In this document: positions 12,476-23,496 of the stretch, piece after piece
Layout: every line of letters begins with the position of its first letter
How positions within the stretch are numbered: the stretch's first letter is position 1
Source: Pristiophorus japonicus
Lineage: Eukaryota
Assembly (NCBI RefSeq): GCF_044704955.1
Contig: NW_027254394.1
Span: 310,001 to 374,000, forward strand
Length of the DNA stretch: 64,000 nt
Reading direction: 5' to 3'
Notes under the pieces: model-generated
What the model was told of the DNA's origin: nothing
What the model saw: only the letters and a program-made list of their open reading frames with translations
The model's database searches: none
Program-made: the position numbers and the translations under genes

Positions 12476-13693
12476 GCCAGAGGTGGGTCTGGAGGGGCTC
12501 CTGGCCAGAGGTGGGTCTGGAGGGGCTCCTGGCCAGAGGTGGGTCTGGAGGGGCTCCTGGCCAGAGGTGGGTCTGGAGGGGCTCCTGGCCAGAGGTGGGT
12601 CTGGAGGGGCTCCTGGCCAGAGGTGGGTCTGGAGGGGCTCCTGGCCAGAGGTGGGTCTGGAGGGGCTCCTGGCCAGAGGTGGGTCTGGAGGGGCTCCTGG
12701 CCAGAGGTGGGTCTGGAGGGGCTCCTGGCCAGAGGTGGGTCTGGAGGGGCTCCTGGCCAGAGGTGGGTCTGGAGGGGCTCCTGGCCAGAGGTGGGTCTGG
12801 AGGGGCTCCTGGCCAGAGGTGGGTCTGGAGGGGCTCCTGCCCAGAGGTGGGTCTGGAGGGGCTCCTGCCCAGAGGTGGGTCTGGAGGGGCACCTGCCCAG
12901 AGGTGGGTCTGGAGGGGCTCCTGGCCAGAGGTGGGTCTGGAGGGGCTCCTGGCCAGAGGTGGGTCTGGAGGGGCTCCTGGCCAGAGGTGGGTCTGGAGGG
13001 GCTCCTGGCCAGAGGTGGACCTGGAGGGGCTCCTGGCCAGAGGTGGACCTGGAGGGGCTCCTGGCCAGAGGTGGACCTGGAGGGGCTCCTGGCCAGAGGT
13101 GGACCTGGAGGGGCTCCTGGCCAGAGGTGGACCTGGAGGGGCTCCTGGCCAGAGGTGGACCTGGAGGGGCTCCTGGCCAGAGGTGGACCTGGAGGGGCTC
13201 CTGGCCAGAGGTGGACCTGGAGGGGCTCCTGGCCAGAGGTGGACCTGGAGGGGCTCCTGGCCAGAGGTGGACCTGGAGGGGCTCCTGGCCAGAGGTGGAC
13301 CTGGAGGGGCTCCTGGCCAGAGGTGGACCTGGAGGGGCTCCTGGCCAGAGGTGGATCTGGAGGGGTACCTGCCCAGAGGTGGGTCTGGAGGGGTACCTGC
13401 CCAGAGGTGGATCTGGAGGGGTACCTGCCCAGAGGTGGATCTGGAGGGGCTCATGGCCAGAGGTGGATCTGGAGGGGTACCTGCCCAGAGGTGGATCTGG
13501 AGGGGCTCATGGCCAGAGGTGGATCTGGAGGGGTACCTGCCCAGAGGTGGGTCTGGAGGGGCTCATGGCCAGAGGTGGATCTGGAGGGGCTCATGGCCAG
13601 AGGTGGATCTGGAGGGGCTCATGGCCAGAGGTGGACCTGGAGGGGCTCCTGGCCAGAGGTGGATCTGGAGGGGTACCTGCCCAGAGGTGGATC
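12476..13693. repeat. 28-bp G-rich minisatellite, about 43 units (GGCCAGAGGTGGGTCTGGAGGGGCTCCT and variants)
   Basis: Direct tandem array; it produces the spurious ~400-aa ORFs in all three plus frames. Confidence 0.98.
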
Positions 13694-14004
13694 TCGTTCC
13701 TCCTGTCCATTAGTTGCCCCCCCACCCCACCACCGCACTACAGGACGAGCAGCCAATGAATAGTACGAGTGGTGCTGCATGCACAACTGCATCAGTAAAA
13801 TGATCAGGCAGGACAAATATCACAAGCTCTTTAATGTCAGTAAGTCCTGTTGCAGAAATGTTGGTGAAGAAGAAAAACTGTTAGTTGAATATTTTGGGTT
13901 CCTGATTTTAGTATGAAAACCCACCTATGAACCCGATGATCAATCTCTTGATGTGATGTTTGTAGTTTGAACAACTGGATGAAATCACCTCTGTGACAAC
14001 TACC

Positions 14005-14138
14005 TATCTGTGCCCAAATTGTCAGCCGTGTTTTCTACATTACAACAGTGACGACACCTCAAAAGTACTTCCCTGGCTGTAAAGGGCTTTGGGACTAAAG
14101 GTCATGAAAGGCGCTATATTAACATAAGTTCTTTCTTT
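14005..14138 (+). mobile_element. DeuSINE/SacSINE1-like 3' fragment
   Basis: GTAAAGGGCTTTGGGAC...GAAAGGCGCTATAT...TCTTTCTTT L2-type tail; recognised from memory of the consensus. Confidence 0.6.
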
Positions 14139-14514
14139 ACTCGGCTGACCCTGTGGCTCGTTGGGTCGGGGAGAGAGAGAGATTAAAGGAAGGAAGTTAA
14201 TGAATGCTGTAACAACACAGGATATACATTAGAACGGGTCAGGTTCCTTCCGTGGACTCCAAGCACCTGTGACACCGCACTGCTCCATTTCATCCCCTCC
14301 CCCCAGACTTAATATTAATCATATCCCTTTCCTGCTTATTCCATGGCAAAGAAAAATCTCCAGGTGCTCTGTACAAATACAAGTTGTTTTATTGATTTTG
14401 TTATTGCCACTTTGCCAGCTGCTTTATTATTCCTGTACATTTTGTAAACTTTATGCATTTTAATAGATTAACTTGCAGAGATTATTGTGGTCCAATAGTT
14501 GTGGTACTACCAAA

Positions 14515-14800
14515 TCAGAGCCCAAATCTCAGCATGGGAAATTGTGAAATAAAATGTTTTAAATCTGGGTAATTTATGGGCTGGCACCAGACAAAGGACC
14601 ATGAAAGCTGCTGGATTGTCATTAAAAAGCCAACTGATACAATAATGTCCTTCAGGGATGGACGTGCTACCTCTAACTGTTCTGACCTACACGTGACTCC
14701 AGTCCCACACGACATTGCTGACTCAATGCAACCGGCAACTAAGGCTGGGCATTGAATATTCCTCATCAGTACCACACATACCCCAGAACAAATAGATAAA
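14515..14800 (+). mobile_element. Decayed elasmobranch SINE-like repeat
   Basis: GACCATGAAA..TAATGTCCTTCAGGGA..CCTACACGTGACTCCAG resembles a common shark SINE body. Confidence 0.5.
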
Positions 14801-14814
14801 CCAGTTATATAGCA

Positions 14815-15140
14815 GTTTCCAGAAAAGCACTTCACAGCCAATGAAATCATTTTGACTTATAGCCACTTATTTATGAAAACACAGCAGCCAATTTGTGCAC
14901 AGCAAGCTCCCACAAACAGCAATGAGATAAACGTTCAGATAATTTGTTTTAGTAATGTTGGCTGAGTGACAAATATTGTCCGGGACAGCGGGAGGTCCAA
15001 ATCGCGGTGGGACAGCGGGAGGTCCAAATCGTGTCACAGCACCTTTTATATCCCATGAACAGACAAAGCCTCAATTTAATGTCTCAATCAACAGGCATCA
15101 CACCTGATACCACACTCACTCGGTACTGTATTGAACTACC
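14815..15140 (-). mobile_element. DeuSINE/SacSINE1-like element
   Basis: CAGCCAATTTGTGCACAGCAAGCTCCCACAAACAGCAATG resembles the reverse complement of the Deu-domain region. Confidence 0.6.
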
Positions 15141-15258
15141 AGCTTACTCCTCACGAACCGATATAGAGGCCCTGATATCTACACGGAGGCTGAACATGGA
15201 CAGAAAACGCGGTAAGAGCAGGACACTTGGGTCCAGCTGAACTTAACGGCGAGACCCC

Positions 15259-16033
15259 ATTACATTGGCCTGGAAATCCCGGCCTCCCCAGGTCCGTACG
15301 GAGTGTGTACGGACCCGGGAATGCATCGCAAACGTCGGTTTTCAGCGCACAATGCGCATGCGCTGAAAAACGGGTTTTCCGATCTGTCAAGGCTTGACAG
15401 ATCATCCGCATCTCGGGAGCGAGGACATTTGCTTGGGCAAGACTGTGGGATTTACCCATATCTTGCCCAGCAAATGTCCTCAAAACTCTTGCACCTGATA
15501 AAAGCAGGTGCATAGCCTACTGTTACAGGCATAAGAGTTTTAAAGCACAAAAATATAATAACATTTTAAAAACACATTTTATTGTTAAAAACCCTGCCCA
15601 CCAAGGTAAGTTTATTTTTAACCCTAATTACAAAACTTTTTTAAAAAAATCGGAAAAATCTTTTTTTTCTAATGCATTTTTAAGTTTAATTTCAATTAAT
15701 TTTAATTATGTGAGGTGTGTTTTTAAATTTTTTATTATGGTGTTTATTGTGTTTGTTTTTTCTCATTAATAGCAATGAGAACTGGTAGATACGGAGTTCT
15801 CATTGCTATTAATGAGCAAGTTGTGGAATATTGTACCTGATTGGGTGAGCAGTCACATGTGACTGCACCTTCTGTGAGGGAACCTGGAGGACGGGAGCAC
15901 CTTTTGCAGCACGGGATGAGAAGGCTTCCCTAACGCAATCCCACAATCCCATGCTCCTCCGGGACCACCAGGTACATTCGTAGAAATTTTTCAGGTCGGA
16001 CGCCTCCACCCGCAATTTCTGGCCCAATGTAAT
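15259..16033. mobile_element. Non-autonomous DNA transposon (MITE, probably Harbinger-type)
   Basis: Terminal inverted repeats ATTACATTGGCCTGGAAAT and ATTTCTGGCCCAATGTAAT; internal perfect 22-bp hairpin at 15762-15816. Confidence 0.7.
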
Positions 16034-16540
16034 TCCATGTCCTGCCCGGCAGCTGGACACATGGACAGCCTGGTCAGCGGTAGGGAGGGAACAGCAGCGG
16101 CAACACTTGGTCGGTCCACGGCAACCCGGAGGGAGAGAGATGGACAGGTTGTGATCTGGAGGGGCTGAGAGAGGCCACAGGCAACCCGTGCAGCAACAGT
16201 ACATTTTAAATCAGGCTCCCAATTGCACTGTGGGAGCCTGATTTAAATACCTTAATAAAGTGTCCTGCCGCTCCAGGGCAGGATGCTTGGAGACCACAAT
16301 AACCCTCCCCTTCTTGCGTGGTATGTTGGGGACGTGTTTCCAGTATTTAACTCTTGAACACACCTCTCCTGCTCAACGTGGAAGGCAAAAATATCAAAGT
16401 CTGGCTCAGATTTCACCCTCTATTCTGTACGCATAACTCCGTATTGTTACTGGAAAAGAAACAGTTTGTGTAACATAAATAAGATGCTTGTATGGTAACA
16501 TAGTTGGGAATAAAAGCAATATAATGTAAAAGGTACTTAC

Positions 16541-16897
16541 CGGTTACATTCAGCCGGGTTCCATTTCCATAGATTGTTCCCCAAATACCACAAATATAGA
16601 CAGTGCTGTCTCTGTGCTGCACGCCTCTGATGGTCAGAATGTAGCTGTTAATGGAAACATCTCTGGAAAGCTCAAACTGTTTAAAGAAGCCATTGTTTTG
16701 TTAAACCTCGCCAGCTACAGAAAGAGTCAATAAAGGTTTGCTTTTCCCAATTGATGGGTGGTACCAGTGTACAGTATATTTATCCACACGGTCATTCACA
16801 TTGCTGCTCTCCAGGGCACAGCGAAACTACACCATCCCATCTTCGAGCATCGTCACAACTTCTGGGGACTGGATAAGAACCGGACTTGCCTTTAGAC
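16541..16897 (-). pseudogene. VJ-type Ig V-set exon, copy V1 (type A), pseudogene
   Basis: GLKASPVLIQSPEVVTMLEDGMV*FRCALESSNVNDRVDKYTVHWYHPSIGKSKPLLTLSVAGEV*QNNGFFKQFELSRDVSINSYILTIRGVQHRDSTVYICGIWGTIYGNGTRLNVT; phase-1 GTAAGT donor; stops at 16827-29 and 16701-03; acceptor AG mutated to GG. Confidence 0.93.
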
Positions 16898-17464
16898 CCG
16901 TGAATAGTAAATAACTGATGATCAGAACAGATGAGGAACCACAAGATATAATCAGTGCTCAACAGGTCGAGGGCAGGTCGAGACAGGGGCCCGGTTTGTG
17001 AGCAAATAGCAGAGAGGGGTTGGGGACTGGAACAGTGGGTTAGAGGCAGGCCTGAAGGCAAAACGTCACAAAGCATTTTAATCAACAGCAGGGCTTTTTT
17101 ATTGGGAGTTTGAAATATTTAAAATTTTTATGCCAGTTACGTTTTCAATTGTAAAAGTATTTTAAGTGAGTTGATCGGTTTACTACTTGTACTTTTTTAT
17201 TGTTAAAACTGCTGTTTCCCGTAGTTATGAAGTTACGTGAATGTTACTAAAAGGACTTTGGAGAAAACAAAATTTGATGCTCGTGTTCCCAGCAAAACCG
17301 CTACTCTCTCCCTCCCTGGTGATTCTCCGGTACAGCTCCCACCTTCCCTTCATTAAGTCGAATGAGGTGAGGGGAGGGGTCAGCAGCTGGATGGCCTCCC
17401 AGATTCTCAACTATGGAAGTGTTGCTGGCTGAAGTGTGGACCACTAAGGGGCACAATGGACATA

Positions 17465-20400
17465 TATGTTAGAGGGATCATCAAATGAGGCCATATGGGT
17501 CGAACTGAAAAGTTAAAAAGGGACGATCATACGGCTGGGAGTGTATTATCGACCCCCAAACAGTGGGAGGGAGATAGAGGAGCAAATATGTAGGCAAATT
17601 ACTGTGAAGTCCAAAAACCAAAGGGTAGTAATAGTCGGGGATTTTAACTATCCAAATATTGATTGGGACAAATTTAGTGTGAAGGCTATAGAGGGTGCGG
17701 AATTCTTGAAATGCATTCAAGAGAACTTTTTTTAGTCAGTCTGTAGCAAGCCCAACACGAGAGGGGGCTGACTTGGATTTAGTTTTGGGGAATGAAGCTG
17801 GGCAGGTTGAAGGGGGGAGAGCACCAGTGCCAGTGACCATAATTCAGTCAGATTCAAGTTGGTTACGGATAAGGACAAGGATAGGCCTGGAATAAAAGTT
17901 CCAAATTGGGGAAAAGCTAATTTTGTTAAGTTAAGGAGTGATTTGGCCAAAGTGGACTGGAAACAGCTACTTGTGGGTAAATCAGTATCGGAACAGTGGG
18001 AGTCATTTAAGGAGGAGATCTGGATGGCTCAGGCCAAATATGTGCCCTTAAAGAAAAAGGCTGGGAAAAATAATTCTCGAACCCCCTGAATGTCTAGGGA
18101 CTTACAGGGGAGGATTAAGAAAAAAAGTGATGCTTATGTCATATACCAACGGCTAAATACTTTAGAATCTTTAGAGGAATATAGAAAGAGGCAAAATTAA
18201 AAAGGATATTAGGAATGCTAAGAGAGAGCATGAGAAATTCTTGGCTGGTAAAATTAAGGAAAACCCCAAGATCTTCTATAAATATATTAAGAGTAAGAGG
18301 GTAACTAAAGAAAGAGTAGGGTCTATTAGAGACCATGAGGGTGATCTTTGTGTGGAGGCGGAAGATGTTGATAAGGTTCTTAACGAATACTTTGCATCTG
18401 TTTTCACAAAGGAAAGGGGTAATGCAGATACTGCTATCGAGGAGGAGTGTGATATTCTGGATGAAATAAATGGAGTGAGAGGGGAAGTATTAAAGGATTT
18501 AGCAGCTTTGAAAGTAGATAAGTCCCCAGGCCCGGATGAAATGCATCCCAGGCTGTTGAGCGAAGTAAAGGAGGAAATAGCAGGGGCCTTGACCATCATT
18601 TTCCAGTCGTCTTTGGATCTGGGCATGGTGGCGGAGGATTGGAGGACTGGTAATGTAGTACCCTTGTTTAAGGGAAAAAGGGATAGGCCGAGTAATTACA
18701 GGCCTGTCGGCCTAACCTCAGTGGAGGGAAAATTATTGGGAGAAGATCCTGAAAGACAGGATAAATCTGTATTTGGAAAGGCAAGAATTAATTAGGGACA
18801 GTTAGCACGGATTTGTTAAGGGAAGATCGTGTATTACTAACCCAATTGAATTTTTTGAGGAGGTAACCAAGAGGGTCGATGAGGGTAGTGCGTACGATGT
18901 AGTATATATGGACTTTAGCAAAGCTTTTGATAAGGTCCCACATGGTAGACTAGTCATGAAGGTTAAAGCCCATGGGATACAGTGGCAAGTTGGATCCAAA
19001 ATTGGCTTGGAGGTAGGAAGCAAAGGGTAATGGTTGATGGATGCTTTTGTGAGTGGAAGGTTGTTTCCAGTGGGGTTCCGCAGGGCTCAGTAGTGGGACC
19101 GTTGCTTTTTGTGGTATATATCAATGATTTAGATTTGAATATAGTGAGTATGATTAAGAAGTTTGCAGACGACACGAATATTGGCTGTGTGGTTGATAAT
19201 GAAGAGGAAAGTCATGGGCTGCAGGAGGATATCAATCTACGGGTCAGGTAGGCAGAGCAGTGGCAAATGGAATTCAATTCAGAGAAGTGTGAGGTGATGC
19301 ACTTTGGGAGGGCTAATAAGCAAAGGGTATACACATTAAGTGGTAGGTCACTTAATAGTGTGGATGAACAAAGGGACCTTGGAGTGTTTGTCCACAAATC
19401 CCTGAAAGTAGCAGGCCAGGTGGATAAGGTGGTTAAGAAGACATACAGAATGCTTGCCTTTATTGCCCGAGGCATAGAATATAAGAGCAGCGAGGTTATG
19501 CTTAAATTGTATAATACTTTGGTTAGGCCACAGCTGGAGTAGTGTGCGCAGTTCTGGTCACCGTATTATAGGAAGAACGTGATTGTACTAGAGAGGGTGC
19601 AGAGGAGATTTACTAGGATGCTGCCTGGAATGGAGAATCTTAGTTATGAGGACAGATTGCATAGACTGGGTTTGGTCTCATTGGAACAAAGGAGGTTGAG
19701 AGGAAACATCATCGAGGGGTACAAAATATTGAGGGGCCTGGACATAGTGGATAGTAAGGGCCGATTTCCATTGGTGGAGGGGTCTATTACGAGGGGGCAT
19801 AGGTTTAAGGTGGATGGTGGAAGGTTTAGAGGGGATTTGAGGGGGGCTTTTTTACGCAGAGGGTTGAGAGGATCAGTAACTCGCTGCCTGGAAGGGTGGT
19901 GGATGCAGAAACCCTCACCACTTTTAAGAGATGGTTGGATGGGCACTTAAAGTGCAGTAACCTGCAGGGTTACGGACCTCGAGCTGGTAATTGGGATTAG
20001 ACTGAAGTATACTGGTAGAAAGCCCCAAGGTAAAAGCACGGTAACAAATTGACCATAAAGTATTAAGACGACTGGCTTGTAACAAAACCCAGTCACGTTA
20101 ACACCAGATTGAGGCCTTGGGAATTGTACAACAAGATGTTGTAGCTATCTGTACAAGATATGGTGAAATGTAATTTTCTAAGAATGCAGACACACAATGA
20201 TTTAGTTCGAAGAATGCTGAGCTGCAGACTTTGCCTGTACGATAAGCTTGTGAGAATAAAGTATAAAAGACTGTAGCAGATGATTCCCCGGCGGAGTCGG
20301 ATCCAAGAGCAATCTTGGAAGGTTCTCTCCAGGCCTGCGAATAAAGACCGTTGTGAACCACCTACCGAAGTCTGACGTCTCTACCCGAGTGTCGATCTTG

Positions 20401-20826
20401 TCTATCACTTGGTCTGCTCCTCGGTCACCACAGACTGGATGACCTTTTGTTGGACGGAGCAGATATAATGGTCAGTACTGCAGGGAATCGAATACGGCCA
20501 GGGTGATCTCCTGGACTAGTTTCGATCGCCTGGATGGGTCGGAGAGGAATTTTCCCAGATTTTTTTCTCCCTAAATTGGCCTGGGTTTTTAAATCTGGTA
20601 TTTGCCTCTCCCAGGAGATCACATGGCTCCGGTTGGGTTGGAGTGTGGAATGTTTCAGTATAAGGGTAGTGAGGCGGACTGGTTGCTCTTTGCCTTTGTC
20701 ATTGTTCACAAGTTTATATGTAACCTTTAGGGCTGCTGACCATGGGCCGTGCGGCTCTCTGTCGGCCGGCGCGGACGCGATGGGCCAAAATGGCCTCGTT
20801 CTGTGCTGTAAATTTTTATGTTTCTA
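17465..20826 (+). mobile_element. CR1 LINE ORF2 (second subfamily) with insertions in its 3'UTR
   Basis: YYRPPNS, VGDFNYP, KSPGPDEMHPR, GVPQGSVVGP, KFADDT; 3' end GGGCCAAAATGGCC...TATGTTTCTA. Confidence 0.92.
20003..20431 (+). mobile_element. Solo LTR inserted in the CR1 3' end
   Basis: Starts TG and ends CACCA(CA); AGAC duplicated on both sides; TATAAAA at about 20262 and AATAAA at about 20340; removal restores GGGATTAGACTGGATG. Confidence 0.8.
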
Positions 20827-21887
20827 CTTACCTGAACGTGGAACTGGGAAAGGAGCAGGAATCCTTCTCCTGGTGCCACATTAACAGATACACGAGCCGC
20901 AGTAAGCCGCTCTCCCCCCCGGCAAGCCGCCTCTGTGATCACCGCCACTTGCTCTCCAGACCTCCCTTGATCACCGCCCATCTTGCTCCAACCACCCGAT
21001 CATCACCGCTCCACCTCTCCTGTGATAACCACCATCACCCCCTCCACGATCACCAGGTGTACCTCCCCAACCCTGTTATCACCATCACCCCCACCCTGAT
21101 CATCACTGCTCCTGCTCCCCACCTCCCCCCATGAACACCTCCACTCCCATCACCCCGAGACCCAGTATCGAACCCTGCACCCACCACGCGCCCCAAAACG
21201 GGTACGCCTGAATTTCTAGGCCTCTCAGACTGCAGACCGGTTATCAGCATGTAGGGAAGAATCACACTGACTGAGCACCTTCAATCTGGCTTCTTTTCGA
21301 TAACTCCTCACTAGCATAAGAATAAAATTCCCACCATCATTATTCCTGCTCATTTATTTTGGGTGAGCGACACCTTGAAATGGCTGTGCGGCCCATTCAA
21401 ATTTCCGTGCACGTGCCGTTTTTCCATTTGAAAGCAGCCACTAATGGCAAAAGTCCTGATTAGTACTTCCCTGATTCAAAGACACCAATAGGCAAGCAAA
21501 ATAATGGCAACTCTCAACAGCTGTACATTACATGGCCTTGTCAATGCTCTATCCGCCTCAGGAATACCTTCTTACCTCCTGTACGGTCACTTATAGTGGT
21601 GAGACGTACTTGGGGCAGAGGTTTGGGAAAATGGATCGGGGGAGCAGCCATTCCCATTAGACAGGTGGGCTCCTGACAGACTTCAAAGGAGTCTGGTGCT
21701 TTTTTGGGAATATAATTCAGGGGCACTTTTGTTGCAGTAGACTTGAGGCAGTCGCCCGAGAACTCAATTTACTCTGTTTATCGCCCTAAATTAGCTGATT
21801 ATTTGGAGGAAATCATACAGCGTATCACCACAAAGGAAATTAAAAGCTGCGACACCCAGAAAGAGGAAAACACCATTTCTAGATTCC

Positions 21888-22145
21888 CCGATACGGAGAA
21901 ACATCCTCTCTGCATCGACCCTGTCGAGCCCCCTCAGAATCTTATACGTTTCAATAAGATTACCTTTAATTCTTCTAAACTCCAAAGAGTCCAGGCCCAA
22001 ACTGCTCAACCTTACTACACAAGATAACCCCTTCATCTCGGGAATCAATCTGGTGCACCTTCTCTGAACAGCCTCCAATCCTTAAATACGGAGACCAAAA
22101 CTGTACGCAGTACTCCAGGTGTGGCTTCACCAACGCCCTGTGCCC
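21888..22145 (-). mobile_element. CR1 fragment
   Basis: KPHLEYCVQFWSP and LEFRRIKGNLIETYKIL. Confidence 0.85.
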
Positions 22146-22562
22146 TTCCAGAAGGACTTCCATACGTCATCGCTGGTTGCTCAGCGGCCCGAGCCACTAG
22201 CCGCGGGGGCAGCGTGCCATGATAGCGCCGCCACAAACTCCGGGCAATTTCCTGGGAGCCGATATCGCCCAGTGCGCCCCCCACCCCCGGCCAAAAAGTA
22301 TTTCACGCTCAGTTAGCAACCCCCGGGGCTCCCACGGGCGGGAAAAAGGGGAAATTCCGACGGCCAATTCCTGTTCATTCACACACTGTCTCCTGTTACC
22401 GTCCATGGTCCACAGGTGGCTCAATGTCACTTCACTTCCCCACATTGTTGTCACAGCTCCAATACAAGCGATCATATTGGGAGCTGGGTTGAAAGGATTG
22501 GCCCCACGTTCTCAGCCAGGACTGAGAGCCTGTGTGCTGCAGGAGGGAAGAGGGAGTTGTCC

Positions 22563-23495
22563 CATAGAAACAAAGAAAATAGGTGCAGGAGTAGGCCATT
22601 CGGCCCTTCGAGCCTGCATCATAGTTGATCATTCCCTCAGTACCCCTTTCCTGCTTTCTCTCCATACCCCTTGATCCCTTTAGCCATAAGGGCCACATCT
22701 AAATTCCTCTTGAATATATCCAACGAACTGGCATCAACAACTCTCTGCGGTAGAGAATTCCACAGGTTAACAACTCTGAGTGAAGAAGTTTCTCCTCATC
22801 TTAGTCCTAAATGGTCTACCCCTTATCCTAAGACTGTGTCCCCTGGTTCTGGACTTCCCCAACATCGGGAACATTCTTGCCGCATCTAACCTGTTCTGTC
22901 AGAATCTTATGTTTCTATGAAATCCCCTCTCATCCTTCTAAACTCCAGTGAATAGAGGCCCAGTCGATCCAGTCTCTCCTCAGATGTCAGTCCTGCCATC
23001 CCAGGAATCAGTCTGGTGAACCTTCGCTGCACTCCGTCTGTAAAGTCCTTACTCTACAGCATGAAACCACACGAGGCACATTCTGGGGACAAGGTCACTC
23101 TGACCGTAACTCTTTATTCACAGGACTCCAAAGACGCTGACCCTGCGTGGGACCTCCCTCTTTATACCTGTGTGTTCAGGTAAGGAGTGTCTCCCACTAG
23201 TTCACCCCTTGTGGTCAAGGTGTGCATCTAGGTTGAGTGTATCCAGTAATACAGTGGTGTTACATTCTGGTTACATACATGACACCCTCAATAGCAAGAA
23301 CGTCCCTTCTTCAGATTACAAGATCAAAACTGAACACAATATTCCAGGTGAGGCCTCACCAAGGCCCTGTACAACTGCCCCTATACTCAAATCCCCTAGA
23401 TATGAAGGCCAACATACCATTTGCCTTCTTCACCGCCTGCTGTACCTGCATGCCAACTTTCAATGACTGATGCACCATGACACCCAGGTCTCGTG
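22563..23495 (-). mobile_element. CR1 3' fragment interrupted by a solo LTR
   Basis: Reverse-complement CR1 3'UTR and RT C-terminus. Confidence 0.9.
23039..23284 (-). mobile_element. Solo LTR (246 bp, Gypsy-like)
   Basis: TG...CA ends; 5-bp TSD CCGTC/CCCTC; TATAAA and AATAAA on the minus strand; removal restores the CR1 sequence. Confidence 0.85.
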
Positions 23496-23496
23496 C

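Noticed and set aside
12476-13693. CRISPR-like or Ig switch-region-like array
   Set aside because: No unique spacers and the DNA is eukaryotic; no AGCT-rich units or CH exons; the unit appears to derive from a Harbinger exon
12465-13763. 330-430 aa Gly/Pro/Trp-rich ORFs in several frames
   Set aside because: Artefact of a stop-free 28-bp unit cycling through all frames
16225-16232. CACAGTG heptamer (minus strand) downstream of V1
   Set aside because: About 310 nt into the intron, inside a hairpin loop, with no nonamer at 12 or 23 nt
21490-21890. Non-repetitive-looking stretch with ORF ..ENSIYSVYRPKLADYLEE..
   Set aside because: Opposite strand to the V genes, no convincing splice sites or recognisable domain; left unassigned
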